From the NCBI RefSeq assembly GCF_048593235.1, contig NC_133623.1, forward strand, positions 10,222,211-10,286,210: a stretch of DNA of 64,000 nucleotides. The letters run 5' to 3'. The notes beneath the pieces were generated by a model. That model did no database searches. It saw nothing but the letters and a program-made list of their open reading frames with translations, and was not told the DNA's origin. Positions 24,218-36,859 of the stretch are shown here, one piece after another (the stretch's first letter is position 1; each line of letters starts with the position of its first letter). The position numbers were made by a program, and so were the translations under genes. Source of the stretch: Sminthopsis crassicaudata (Eukaryota).

Positions 24218-24458
24218 ATTTTTGTTGTTGTTTTGGGGTTGTCATATCCAAGTCTTGACTCCATTTGGGGTTTTCTTAGCAGAGATATGGAAGGGATTTG
24301 CCATTTCTTTCTCCAGCTTATTTTACAGATGAGGAAACTGAGGCAAATAGGTGAAGTAACTTGCCCAGGGTCACATAGCTAGGTAATATCTACAGCCACT
24401 GCATTTGAACTCAGGTCCTCCTGCCTCCAAGGCCGGTGCTCCATGTACCTACCTGCCT
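24218..24458 (-). mobile_element. Mar1-like SINE nested in hAT fossil
   Basis: ccatttggggttttcttagcagagata ... attttacagatgaggaaactgaggcaaa ... acttgcccagggtcacatagct. Confidence 0.85.
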
Positions 24459-24730
24459 CATTCTTTTCTATAGCATTCTTAAATATTTTCATTTCTTGGG
24501 CAACATGTTCTGTTCTGCACTTCATTGTGTATGTAAGCAATTGCCTTCATGTACTCCTTTTTCTCTCATAATTCTATTGCTACTTCACTATCATACAAAG
24601 GCCTATTACATTGTATTAAATTGTAAACATTGTAAACAGTATCAAAAACTTTTAAAATAATTTCTCTACTTTATTATCAACACTTATTATTTAGTTTATA
24701 CACTCAAATGGAAATTGAGCCATTAATTTT

Positions 24731-25117
24731 AAATATATATATATATTATAGCTTTTTATATACAAAACATATGCATGGGTAATTTTTCAACATTGACCCT
24801 TGCAAAAACTTCTGTTTCAACTTTTTCCCTCCTTCCCTCCATCCCCTCCCCTAGATGGCAGGCAGTCTTATACATGTTAAATATGTTAAAATATATGTTA
24901 AATACAATATATGTATACATATTTATACAGTTCTCTTGCTGCACAAGAAAAATCAGTTTTAGAAAGAAGGCAAAATTAACCTGGGAAGGAAAAACAAAAA
25001 TGCAAGCAAACAATAACAGAAAGAGTAGAAATGCTATGTTGTGTTCCATACTCATTTCCCAGTGTTCTTTCTCTGAGTGTAGCTGGTTCTGTTCATTACA
25101 GATCAATTGGAACTGAT
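24731..25117 (-). mobile_element. 5'-truncated LINE-1 3' end nested in hAT fossil
   Basis: Exact 16-bp TSD ttgagccattaatttt at 24715-24730 and 25118-25133. Confidence 0.92.
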
Positions 25118-26111
25118 TTGAGCCATTAATTTTTAAAAACACATTTTTGAATTTCAGTATGGGCTTTAGAAACATCATATTCTTCTCCCACAGTTTGCCT
25201 AGTAGTTTTATTATTGCCTTTTAGAGTTACTGAATAGAAATACCATTTCTTGGACTCACAGACAAGCGTCTGTGCTGTCATTTCTAAATGTGTAATTGTT
25301 GAACTCAAGCTTCACAACATCCTAATTTACCTTCTTTTATTTCAAGCCATTTGTGCTGCTCTATAAACATGAATACTCATTTTCGTTCCAACAATCCCGA
25401 AGCACAAGATTATATATTTCTTCCTTTGACGAACATGATGGATTTTCTTCAATGACTGGTCATTCAATGGATTCAAAATTTGACTTTGATGCTCCACGGG
25501 AAGCTTTGTTCCTATCATTATTTTCTGTCTGTTATTTCATCTGATTCATGTTCAGAAAAACCTTAATAGCTCTGTCATTTTGGTATTTTAGGGAGCAGAA
25601 TCTGAAAAATAAGTCTATATTACATTAGTAAAATTCACAATACCACTGGAGGGTAAAAATTCCTGTAAATGATGTCTTTATGTAATTTTAGAAAAAGCAT
25701 ATTTTAAGCTAAGTGACCTTGTTTTCAATGTGCTTTGCCATTTCTTGTGAAATGCACTCTCAGTGCTAACAATAGTGTCACAAAATCAGACTATGAATAA
25801 ATGCTTGATTACTATCCAATTCTGCAAAGAAGTTGCTCATGCTATCCATGAACCAGCATCATTCTGACATAAATATCGTTGATATTTTTGTTCAAAAATG
25901 TATTATAATGTTTGTCAATGAGCTGAGCAACTTTTTTGTTGTTGAATTGGATGATAATTTTCAAATATTGGAAGAATATTTCCACAACTTTTTGCGTATT
26001 GTTCTCAGTATGAGCAGTCAACATAAATATAAAATAAGCCTAATGAAACTGTGCATCCACCTTGAGATACTGAGCCCAGTTCTCCGAGTATCTGCTAAGG
26101 ATGCTATTATT

Positions 26112-26300
26112 TGGAGGGATGTGATAGAAAGTGTGCTGCATTTGGAGTCAGAGGAGTTCCAAACTAAATTGCCTTCTTAACTTCCTGGATGACCCTGATC
26201 AGGTCATTTAATGTCTGCAGGCCTTAGTTTTGTCATCTGCAAAATGGGGGAGGGAGTGAATGTAATGCTCTCTTGGATGCCTTCCAATCTCATCTAGTGA
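26112..26300 (+). mobile_element. MIR3-like SINE
   Basis: ttggagtcagaggagttc ... ccttagttttgtcatctgcaaaatgggg ... gccttccaatctc. Confidence 0.75.
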
Positions 26301-26359
26301 GTCCATGATTTTGCCAGAGTTGCCTTGCAGAGATTTGAGGAGAGGCTTTTTAAACAATG

Positions 26360-26590
26360 AGTCGCAGTTCTAAGAAGCCTGACAAGTGGCTTAGGAGCAT
26401 TGGAGTCTCCCATCATCCCTAGGAAGTGGGTGCTATGATTACCCTCGCTTTCCATATGAAAAAGGCACATCTTAGTAGAAGGAAAATGACTTACTCAACA
26501 TCACATAGCCAGTAAATGTCTGAGGTAGCATCTGAACCCATTTTTTTCCCTGACTCCAGGTCCAGGGGTTAATGCATTATCCACACTGAT
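26360..26590 (-). mobile_element. MIR SINE
   Basis: catcatccctaggaagtggg ... aaaatgacttactcaacatcacatagccagtaaatgtctgagg ... ctgactccaggtcc. Confidence 0.7.
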
Positions 26591-28331
26591 ACTCAGCAGT
26601 AAGACAGTGTCCCCTGTTGTGTACAAAAAGGACCACAGTCAGGGAGAAGGGCAAACCAACTAAAACTAACTAGCTTCAATTAGTTTGGCTGGACAGCAGG
26701 AATAGAAAGGCTCAGGTGAGCGGTGATTGTTTTCTATACTTCCTGTGTTGGGGACTAACCCGGCATCCCAGGCTTTTTCAAGACTGTTTTTGGTGTGCAC
26801 TTTAGCCCAATTTCACATGTAGAATAATATTACCCAGGTGAAGAGAAGAGGGAGACCAGCCACAAAGTCCCAAATCCCTCTCTAGGGATATGTCTGGGGA
26901 CAGATTTGAGAATCTTCTCCACAGAGATGATTAGCAGAAGGTGGGGGAGTGATGGGACCATTGAGGAAAAGAGCAAAGACCAGGATGAGACTTCATAGCC
27001 ATGCTCTAGCTAGTGGGCAGGAATGGTCAGGAAGAGGGGAGAACCTGGAGAGTGCAGGCTCTCTCGTGGAGCATGGACTTTGGAAGAAGAGGGGGTATAA
27101 CAGCATCACAATGGGAAGGCAGATGAATCTACTGAGAAAAGTATGGAACTGGGTATGGAGCCATAGACTATTGGAACACAGGAATTTTTTCGTGACCTAT
27201 AGTGAGCACAATTGCAGTCAAGGCTGCAAAGATACAAGAATAGCAAAAATGAAGGGTAGGTATACGTAGCAAGCAGGGTGGGGTAGCAGGTACAGATATT
27301 TGGTAGTTCTAGGGATGCTCACAAATTTAGAACTAAGCTCTTCTTGTCCACAGGCCCAGGAAAGTGAAGTGACAAGTATTAGTTCACATAGGCAGTAAGC
27401 GGCAGAGGCAGAATTGGAATCCAAAACCTTTAACTTTAAATGCAGTGGTCTTCCTGCTATACCAGGCTTTAAGATCTATACTTGGATACTTTAAGTGTCA
27501 TCTTAGTAGAGAGCTTCAGTGATTTTAATGATTGCAAATTAGCAAGTTTACCTTCAGTAGATAGCTTCAGTATTCAGATTTTTACAATTAACACAATTTA
27601 TAATTACCACAATTCACTTTAGTAGATGGCTTCAGTAATTTTCACAATTAATGACATGTACAATTAATATTGAACAAAATTGAACAAAAGGATGAGCTGG
27701 TGGCTACCCTTCTGCTCAGAAGGCTCTCTGCACTCAGCCGAGTTAGCTCTCCAGTGATGGGCACGGGCCATTGCCACCTCCTTCCATATTCAGTCAGTTG
27801 CCAAATTTGATCATTCCCACCGCCAGCACATCTCTCTCACTTCCATCCTGCTCATGCCGCGCCCACTCCAGCTCAGGCCCTTGACACCTCTTTCCTGGAG
27901 TCCGTGGAGCTTCTTTGTGGATCTCTGTCTAAAGTCTCTCCCCTGCCCACCCCATCTGTCACATCTCTGTCATAGTTAAAACCCATGGCTGCCCATAAGC
28001 CCCCCCCCACTTAGCACACTCCAGCTGCGCCTCCAGGATCAAACACAATTGCCTGTTTGACAGACAAATGTACTTCCTGACCTGGCTTCAGCATACAGCT
28101 TATACATGTACAAAGCGCGTACAATAGCACTGCTATTGCCTGCCAGCAGAGGCCTGGCCTAGCAAAGTACAAAGAGCCTTCTGACGGGGAGGTCGCTCCC
28201 CTTCCCATATACCATGACCCAGTCAAAATGGGACTTCTTCACATGGGACACTTATTTCCCATCCTGCTTATACAGAGGCTGCTTGCTTTTATCTCGAATA
28301 TCATCCCTTCTTGTTTCTATCTTTGACAATC

Positions 28332-28570
28332 TGTTGTTACTGATGAGTTACTTCAGTTGTGTGCAATTTTCTGTGACCCCATTGGGGATTTTCTTGGCAA
28401 AGGTATAGGACCGATCGGCCATTTCCTTCTCCAGCTCATTTTTCAGATGAGGAAACTGAAGCCAACAAAGTTAAGTGATGTCCAGGGTTACACAGCTAAT
28501 AAGAATCTGAAGTTGGAATTGAACTCAGGAAGAGGAGTCTGACTCCAAGCCTGGCACTCTGTACACTTCA
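28332..28570 (-). mobile_element. Mar1-like SINE
   Basis: gaccccattggggattttcttggcaaag ... ccatttccttctccagctcatttttcagatgaggaaactga. Confidence 0.85.
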
Positions 28571-28579
28571 CTCTTTAGT

Positions 28580-28825
28580 TTCCTTCAAAGCTCAGTGCAA
28601 GGCCCACCTTCTAAATAAAATCTTTCCTGAGCCCCCTAGTGGTTAATGACTCCCTCCCAACTTACCTGAGATCCCTTTTGTGGTTATTTTGTATTTACTT
28701 ACTTATAGACAGGTTTTTCCTGATAGGTTGTAACCTCCTTAACAGCAAGGACTATTTTCCTTTTAGTTTTTAATCTTCAGTACCTAGTATACAGTAGACA
28801 CTTAATATATGCTCACTAATTGAAT
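28580..28825 (+). mobile_element. L2 3' end
   Basis: ttccttcaaagctcagtgcaagg ... gttgtaacctccttaacagcaaggact ... cacttaatatatgct. Confidence 0.75.
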
Positions 28826-29047
28826 CCTTAAACTTTAAGGTTAAATCCTTAAAACCCACCAGAGTTTGTTTTTTCAATAATGGAACCTCTGAGAACCCAG
28901 CATCAAAGAAAAACTGTAGGGGAGACTATTTATACATGAAAATGATGGGGGGGGGGAAGAAACTTTTGACAGCACCATCCATTGCAGTAAGGCCAAGTTC
29001 TAAACATAGAACAGAAAGTTCTAACAGGGTTGCTAAATCACATATAG

Positions 29048-29262
29048 AGCAGGTAGGTGGCGCCACAGTATAAAAAGCATTTGTCCTAAAGTCAGGATGA
29101 CTTCCTGAATTTAAATGCAGCCTCAGACATGTCACTGATCGCCTCAGTTTCCTCACCTGTAAAATGAGCTGGAGAAGGAAATGGACAACCAGCTCTGGAT
29201 ATCTGTCAAGAAAGCCCAAAATGGGGTCACGGAGAGTCAGAAAGGGCCGAACAGCAACCGAA
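29048..29262 (+). mobile_element. Mar1-like SINE (internally deleted)
   Basis: gcaggtaggtggcgccacagt head; cctcagtttcctcacctgtaaaatgagctggagaaggaaatgg ... aaatggggtcacggagagtcaga tail. Confidence 0.85.
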
Positions 29263-31204
29263 GGATAAGAAATCATCCATAAGGTAGGCTGCTGGCTACA
29301 CACAGAATGCTTTAGTTTTAAAATGTGCTACCACCTATGTCTTACTGTATTTTCATCTTGTTTAATCCATTTGACTCTGGTTTGGCTTCCACTCCTATCT
29401 AATCTACCTATAATCTGTCATACAAATTATATAGAATCAAATGTATATAATCCATGTAATCAAAAAACCAAAAGAATCAAAATGTATATAATAATGTTTA
29501 TATCACAGATTTCAAGTGATCGTAGGCAGCAAAATTGGGGAGTCTCTCCTATATACCCAGCAAAATGGTACGTAGAAAAAGAAGAAAACATCCAAAAGCT
29601 CTGAGTCACATCTCTAGTGCACTGGCTTTGTGAACATTTTCAGCAGTTTTGTGTGAAATCGGAAGCTAATGTCAATAACCATTAGGAGGGAGCCACAGAT
29701 AAGGAGTTGTCTGAGAGGGAGAAGCTGCAAATGCTTTCTGAAATGACCCATAACCAAATGGAAACACAGTGGGTGCTGAAAACCCTGGTTGAAAGGAGTC
29801 ATCAAGCAACTGAAAGAAATAACTAAACTGGATTAAATGCAAGGAGCTATCTTGGTTTGAGGGGGACAGTTGATGAAATAGGCCTCCTTCTTGGAAGTGG
29901 GGAACAAGGTGCCAAATGGTGGATGCGGTCATTAATGACCCTTCTCGTTAAAAGGAAAGGTTTGGGGGTGGGAGTGATAGCAGGTACTTTTCTATTGGAC
30001 AATGACCATTATAGGAACAATAGGGAAAAGTTGTGATAAAAAAGAATGAATAATTGAAAAAGAAGGGGCTGGTAATCAGGTGAGAGCCAGGGGGTCACGA
30101 ACAAAAGTTCGAGAGACCTAAAAGGGTTGTGATCTGCATTATTGGCGAGAGTGCCTACATAGAGAAAATCCACTAGAGGACTAGGATTGGTTCTTTAAAA
30201 AACCGAAGGGATGATTTGATTTTTTTTGTTTGATTTTTAACAAACTCAGCTGAAAAAAGTCCAGAGGAGGAATCAAAATGTTCTGAAGGATGGAACAACT
30301 TCACTACAAATAAAGCCAGAACAATAAGAATACTAGTCTGAAAATGGAAGAAATAGCCCTAGTGGACATGATCATAAGGTATGATCAAAAGAGATGATTG
30401 TTATTTTTAATATATATATGTGTGTGTGTGTGTGTGTATACATTATAATATTAGCGCAGTGCCTACCACATAGTATGCACTAAGTGTTAACTATCATCAC
30501 AAGGTTTGTAAATGATGAACCCAATCTAGGAGTCAAGAGCACCTGGATGAACCAGCTGCAAGCTGTTAAATGGGGAGGGAGGGGGCGCCTGGTGCTCCTT
30601 GGCCCTCTGCTCCATCCTTCTGTCTCTTTGTGTGTCTGTCTCTTCCTCCTTCACTCCCCTCTTCTCCTTTCTCCCTCTTTCAGCTTCCTTTCTCCCTCTT
30701 TCAGCTACCTTGCCCACCTCACAGCAGCAAACACAGTCTGAAAACAATGGTGTGAGGGCTAATTGCCAGCAAGTACAGATGAGATGAATTCCCTTACTCA
30801 GCTTCACAGGACTTGCTCATTAGCCCAGCCAGGAGCCCTATTCTACAGGGATTCCCTTTGTCCTCCATTCGGTCCCTTTCCCAGGTCCTGAACTTTGGCA
30901 TTCTAGCTCCACAGAGTAGTCCGATTTACTTCTTCCTGGCTTTAGGGTTAGCTCCCATTTAGTCATTTCTTATTTTCTCACCATCTCCATGTGCCAGTCT
31001 GCCTCATTAATCCTGCCCCTCTGATGTTCCTTTTCTGGTTCAAATTAAAAGGAAGAACGTGACTTGTGGAACATGGAAGGAGATTGGACTCATTTCCTTC
31101 CAAGGTCTGGTTTAGTTCTAAGATTTTATTCTATGCCATCCTATTCTAGTTTCAAATTTCTAGTTTTCCGTTTCCTTTTGCTAGCATTTATATAACTCTT
31201 TAAG

Positions 31205-31590
31205 TCATTGTACATTTGTTAATTGTTGGATTCTTTAATCCCTATAAGGTGGGTGCTCTTAGTATCTCCATTTCACAGATGGGAAAACAGGCCAGAAAGG
31301 TTGATTTGGATTTCTTGACTCACACAGCTAGAATTCCACTCAGATCTTCCCAAATCCAAGCTTTGCTTTCTGATGATTGCACCAAGTTCTCCTTGTTCCT
31401 TTTTAGCCCTCCCGGCAGCCTGTGTCCTTAGCCTCTGTACTTTTCTATTATATAACATCTACTTTATAATTTCTGAAAAGAACCTTTTTGCCCTATTATT
31501 ACCCTGTCCTGGGATGTCAGCTACCAGGCTCTTTATGGCCCCGCATCTTTCATGTTCTTACTTAAGAATGGGTTGACTGAATTAATCAAT
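31205..31590. mobile_element. MIR (minus, ~31205-31385) adjacent to L2 tail (plus, ~31400-31590)
   Basis: atctccatttcacagatgggaaaac MIR core in reverse; gggttgactgaattaatcaat L2 terminus. Confidence 0.55.
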
Positions 31591-32819
31591 CATACCGTTT
31601 AAAGTGACAAGATGTTAGACCTTGGTATCGTAACTATGTGCCGACACATTGGGTGAATTAGTAAGTTACAGGCTTTAGACTAAGTGTGGGATTTGGATCA
31701 ACTTGGATGTCCTTGAAAGGCACTGCATGAAGTGGAGTGACATCCACGAAGTATCTGCATTGGTCAAGGAGTCCCAGTCTCTCTCTTTCCCCCCATGAGT
31801 TTTGTATAAAATAACAGACTGGCTTAGAACCCTGCGGTTCCATCACCTGGAAGCTTGGTGGAAGCCTCCTCCAGCCATGTGCCAAAAAGGAATCAGCGAG
31901 CGGGTATGTCATGCATCAGAATTGGAAGCATTTAGGGTTACGGAAGTGCTTGAGCATTGATCAGTCTCTTCCCCTCCCCATCCCCCATTTGAACAGAGAA
32001 GGGCCTTGTGAGATTTGAAGGATCCAGGGAATTTGGCGCTTTAAACTGGGGCCCTAGTACACCCCACAAAAAAACTGACAGCAGTATCTGCATTAGAAAC
32101 TAAGAACAGAGAAGACAGTATGAGGAAAGGGAGATGCAAGGCAGTACAAAGAACCCAGCAGAAAAAATTACACAATACCTAAAGGAAATGCAAAACCACT
32201 TCCAGGAGCTGTGAATTATCCCCTTTGCCACATGTTCTCTAAACTTGAGTTTCCTCCTGGACTTATGTACTAGTGGGACAGTGGGGGGGGGATGTATACT
32301 ACCAACTAACACTATAGTAAGTAACAATTTTTTAAGATTAATGAAGTTTGGTTGATTGACATCCACTGATAATCAAGGAGTATGTGGGGGACTACACCAG
32401 TGTGGGGGGGGGAGTGAACTAGAGCATTAGAAAGAGACCAGTGCAAAGTAGTTTGGATTACTCCTGGAGCTCTAGGGAGAGGGTATAGGAGCTGAGCCTC
32501 GAGGTCCCAGTTTGCTGATACCAGTAGTAGAGCCAGTTCATTTTTGGAGAAAGTAGCTCAAGGATGTAGTACACTTCATAGACAATCCTTCTAAGCCCAC
32601 GTTTTCACACCAAAAGCAACACCCTCTTTGGTTTCTGTAACTTTGAAAATACTTGGAGTCCCACTGTTTACATTCTGATCCAGTCATCCTTAGCCTCTTA
32701 TCTGGGGGCTAGAGATCAAATCAAGATTCTCAGTAAATGATTCAGTAAATGATCAAGCCCACAAGAGTAAGAGGGAATGGAAAAATGTGTTGCATAACCA
32801 CTTTTTTGTTTCTTCTACT

Positions 32820-33080
32820 CTAATCCAATAATCATTAATTAAGCCATGTTCAATGCTCAGAGCTAGATCCGGAGGGATGCAAAGACAAAAGAAAAAACAG
32901 ATCCTGCCTTCAAAGAGCTTTCGATTTACGGAGGGATGGGGACAGACCATGTGTGATCACTTGAAGAGGGAGTGAACAGTCAACTAAGCTTCAGAAGTGG
33001 TCTCAAATGGGTTTCTAAGAGCAGAGAAAGCATTCTAGATAGGGAGGGGGGAAATGTGTGAGTGGGAGATGGGAATGCCA
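32820..33080 (-). mobile_element. L2 3' fragment
   Basis: aatcattaattaagcc ... gatgcaaagacaaaag ... cctgccttcaaagagctt. Confidence 0.65.
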
Positions 33081-34149
33081 AGGTTTTTATCATAAAATGG
33101 GGATACTTTACCTTCCGTTTTCCCCATGTGGTTGTGAAGAAAGCATGTGTGAGTCATAAATTGCATTAGCAACACGAGCTATCATTATTTCTTGAATATC
33201 TCCTTTGTGCAAGGTACTGAAGGGGGAGAGCAATCACGTGGGGCCAAATAGTGTGGTGGGTGGCCAAAGGATTAGTTTAGGAGTTCAAAGATTTGACTTT
33301 GACTTTCACTTACTGGAACTAGTCATTTTATTTCTTTAAAGCACAATGCAATCCGACTAACATTACAAATAGCTTGTTCTGCTTGAGGCATTGTAGAGGC
33401 CAGGAAGACAAAAATAAAAAGACAGTCTTCTCCCTTTCAGAAACTTCTGTTCTACTGGGTGATAGTTTGTTGGCTTGGACTGAATTGTTAAGAGAACTTA
33501 CAAAAATGCTGTATACAGTTCAGTGAATTGTGTGGAAGGCTTTATTCTTCGATTTTAGAGATTAGCCCTTGAGAAGGCCATTTTCATCAAGCACAGCCAA
33601 GTGTTTTTGGTGCTAGCTCTTACATTCTTAACTATGACTTGTTAGAAATGAAGGTCGATGAGAATTATCTTTCAAATACACTGCTGGAAGTTGTGGGGTC
33701 ATCTGCTATAGGATTGGACATATGTCTGTAGATCGAGGATGCTGGAAGGGCCTCCTTAAGGCTGCTGGCCCTTCACAGTAGTGGGAATTAATAGAAGTCA
33801 GTGAACCACAGACTTGTTAAAGCGGGAATTAAGGCCTTACATGCCATCCATTTCAACCCTTTTATCTTTACAGAAAAGGAAACTGATACCTAAAGAGCAG
33901 AGGGCACTGAGTGGAAAGCAATGTGGTATGAAGGAAAGAGGCAGGTAAGTCACTTAGGACCATGGGCCAAAACTATGAGTTGGAAGAGATCTCCCATTTA
34001 CTTCTACATTTGAGGAAACAGACCCACAGAAGAAAACCCACGGTTTTTAATCATCAATTAAAAATTTTCAGTGATTGATATGTATAAGGTAGTGATCTCC
34101 CCGCCCCCCAGTTTCACATATGGAGGAAAGCCTTCTAAGTTGTACGTTA

Positions 34150-34420
34150 TTATTGTACAGATGTTAAAAGAACTGGGGGGTAATTAGCCTAGGGAAGAGA
34201 AGACTTGGGGTGCTCGGACCACTGTTGGAAGGTTCGTCTCCCAGAACAGAGATGAAGCTGGTTCTCGTGGTCCCCACAAGGCTGAGCTAAGGCGTCATGA
34301 GGGGCAAGAGCTGCCCAGCCAAATTGCGGATTGATGTCAGGAGAACTTCCAGAAGGTGAGGGCTGTCCGAAAGCGGCCCGGGGCGGGGTGGAGGTTTCCT
34401 TGGCTTCGATAAGCTTCCAT
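34150..34420 (+). mobile_element. L3/CR1 LINE 3' fragment at CpG-island edge
   Basis: gaactggggggtaattagcctagggaagagaagact ... gattgatgtcaggagaacttcc ... gagggctgtccgaaagcgg follows the remembered L3 3' consensus. Confidence 0.75.
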
Positions 34421-35159
34421 CGCTAAGAAGCGGTGATTCTGGGAGCCCGAGCCGGGGCCAGAAAAGTGCGAGACTGAGGAGGATCCGTTAGCAGCTCACG
34501 TCCAGGAAAGCGTCCAAAGGCCGGGAGGCTGAGGAGAGGGGCGAGGAGAACCGAGCAGGCGCGTGGGTGGGTGGGGCCTCGGGGGAGGAGGTTATCGTTG
34601 AGTGTCCCCGGCCAGGGCATCTCGGACGTCAAAGCTCGCCCCGTTCCGTCCTCCCCTTCCCGGTGGCCCCAACCAGCTCCTCAACCCTGGGACGGTCCCG
34701 GCGGGAAAGGCCGAAGGGGGCCGGAAGTGGCGGGCGGGGGCACTGTGGGTCTCTGCCCCACCCAAGCCGATTGGGTCCGCAGTGATGGGGATCGCCTCCC
34801 CTCCCCTCTCGACTTGGGCGGCAGTTTCGGGGGCCCGAGGGATTGCTCAGTCTCCCCGAGTGGGCCACTCGGTCTCCCCTCCCGGGGGCGAGAGCTCTAG
34901 TAGGCTGGGCTGCGGGAGGAGCCCTCTCGGGGGCCACTTCCCCCCTCTCCCGCCCCTGCCTCCTCCCGCGTGATCCTCTCCCCCGCCCCCCATACACATA
35001 CACACATCCCTCCTCCCGGGCACACCCTCGAGCCCCAGCGCGAGCCCGAGGTCCGGGGCAGTGGGGAAGGGGGAGGAGCCGTGGGCGGGGCCGGCTGGAG
35101 GCGCGAGGCCCGCGTGCGAGGAGGAGGAGAGGGAAGGCGAGGGGGAGGAAGACGAGGAG

Positions 35160-35186
35160 GGCGGCGGCGGCGGCGGCAGCGGCGGC
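35160..35186 (+). repeat. (GGC)6 AGC (GGC)2 trinucleotide repeat, probably in the DOCK11 5' UTR
   Basis: Directly visible 95 nt upstream of the ATG. Confidence 0.85.
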
Positions 35187-35250
35187 AGAGGCAGAGGCTG
35201 AGGCGGCGCCCGGGGCAGCGGCGGCTCCAGCCTGCGCGCCCTGACCCTAG

Positions 35251-35976
<726 letters not shown>

Positions 35977-36859
35977 TAAGGGGGGGACTCTCCGGGCCAA
36001 AAGCGACTCCACGGCCATTCCTTTTAATTGGCATGATGGCCCGGGCAGATTTGGCAGCAAAGCCAACATTAAAGGGAGCGTCAGAGCCTGGTGAACCCAC
36101 ACAAGAGTAGGAAGAGGTGACATTAGCGGGAGTTCTGGAGAAAGATCAAAGGTCGGTCGTTGCCTTTGAGATACCCATCGGAGCCCTCAGAGCTGCCACA
36201 GTGCAGAGCCTGAGACTTGCACAGACTTTGTTCAATCTCAGCTGGAGGCTTCTCGTGTAGCAGCCCATCTTTGGGATCCTGCTAAGGGGCTTGGGAATCT
36301 CCCTCTTATTTTGTTTGATCCCCACTAAGGGTTCACACTTGAAGGCAAACTGCTTCCAAAATCATACTGGTGCGCTTGTGGTACCCCTCCCCCTCAGTGC
36401 TCTGGGCTAAAGTACCCAATAGCTGGGTCCAGGCAACTCTCACATTGGGGACCCCCCCCATGAGCATCCAGAAATGCTATCCAAAGGCCTTCCCCAAAGA
36501 CCATTCATCTTGTACAGTATTTGGGAATGGCATTTATAAGGTTCCCATGAAACTGGTGAACCTCATTCTTAAGAGGTAGAAAGTTGTCTGTTAACACTCT
36601 TGACCAGACTTTGGAGTTTTGAAAATAATTAAATGATTGTCCAGATTTTATTTGAAGGATCAAGTTTTATTTGAGTAATACCAAAGAATTGATTTACTGA
36701 GTGCACTTCTTACTTACTTGCTCTCTGTACAGAACTCTATTCTAGATACTGGGGAAAAGTTTACAGAAGACAGGGTCCCTGGCATCAGGGAACTTGGGGA
36801 GGGATTAGACAAACACAAATGAATACTTGGTTGTCTAAGAGTCCAACACCTGTAAACAA

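Larger units (their letters stand above)
22097..26090 (-). mobile_element. Degraded hAT (Tip100/Zaphod-like) DNA transposon with transposase fossil, interrupted by three younger retroelements
   Basis: Minus-strand translation of 22620-22410 gives ...KIMSTVIVSSADAGRGFSSITIIYMRMTNSLRAHPM*DLMAISLMGK..., a decayed hAT C-terminal dimerisation motif (SSAxxERxFS); terminal motif tgggaaatgttttaacaactggttctc near 22105. Right boundary approximate. Confidence 0.75.

Noticed and set aside
33942-33950. Perfect splice donor CAG|GTAAGT upstream of DOCK11
   Set aside because: Lies in a MIR-like fragment with no supporting exon; similar donors occur elsewhere (e.g. 6416) by chance.
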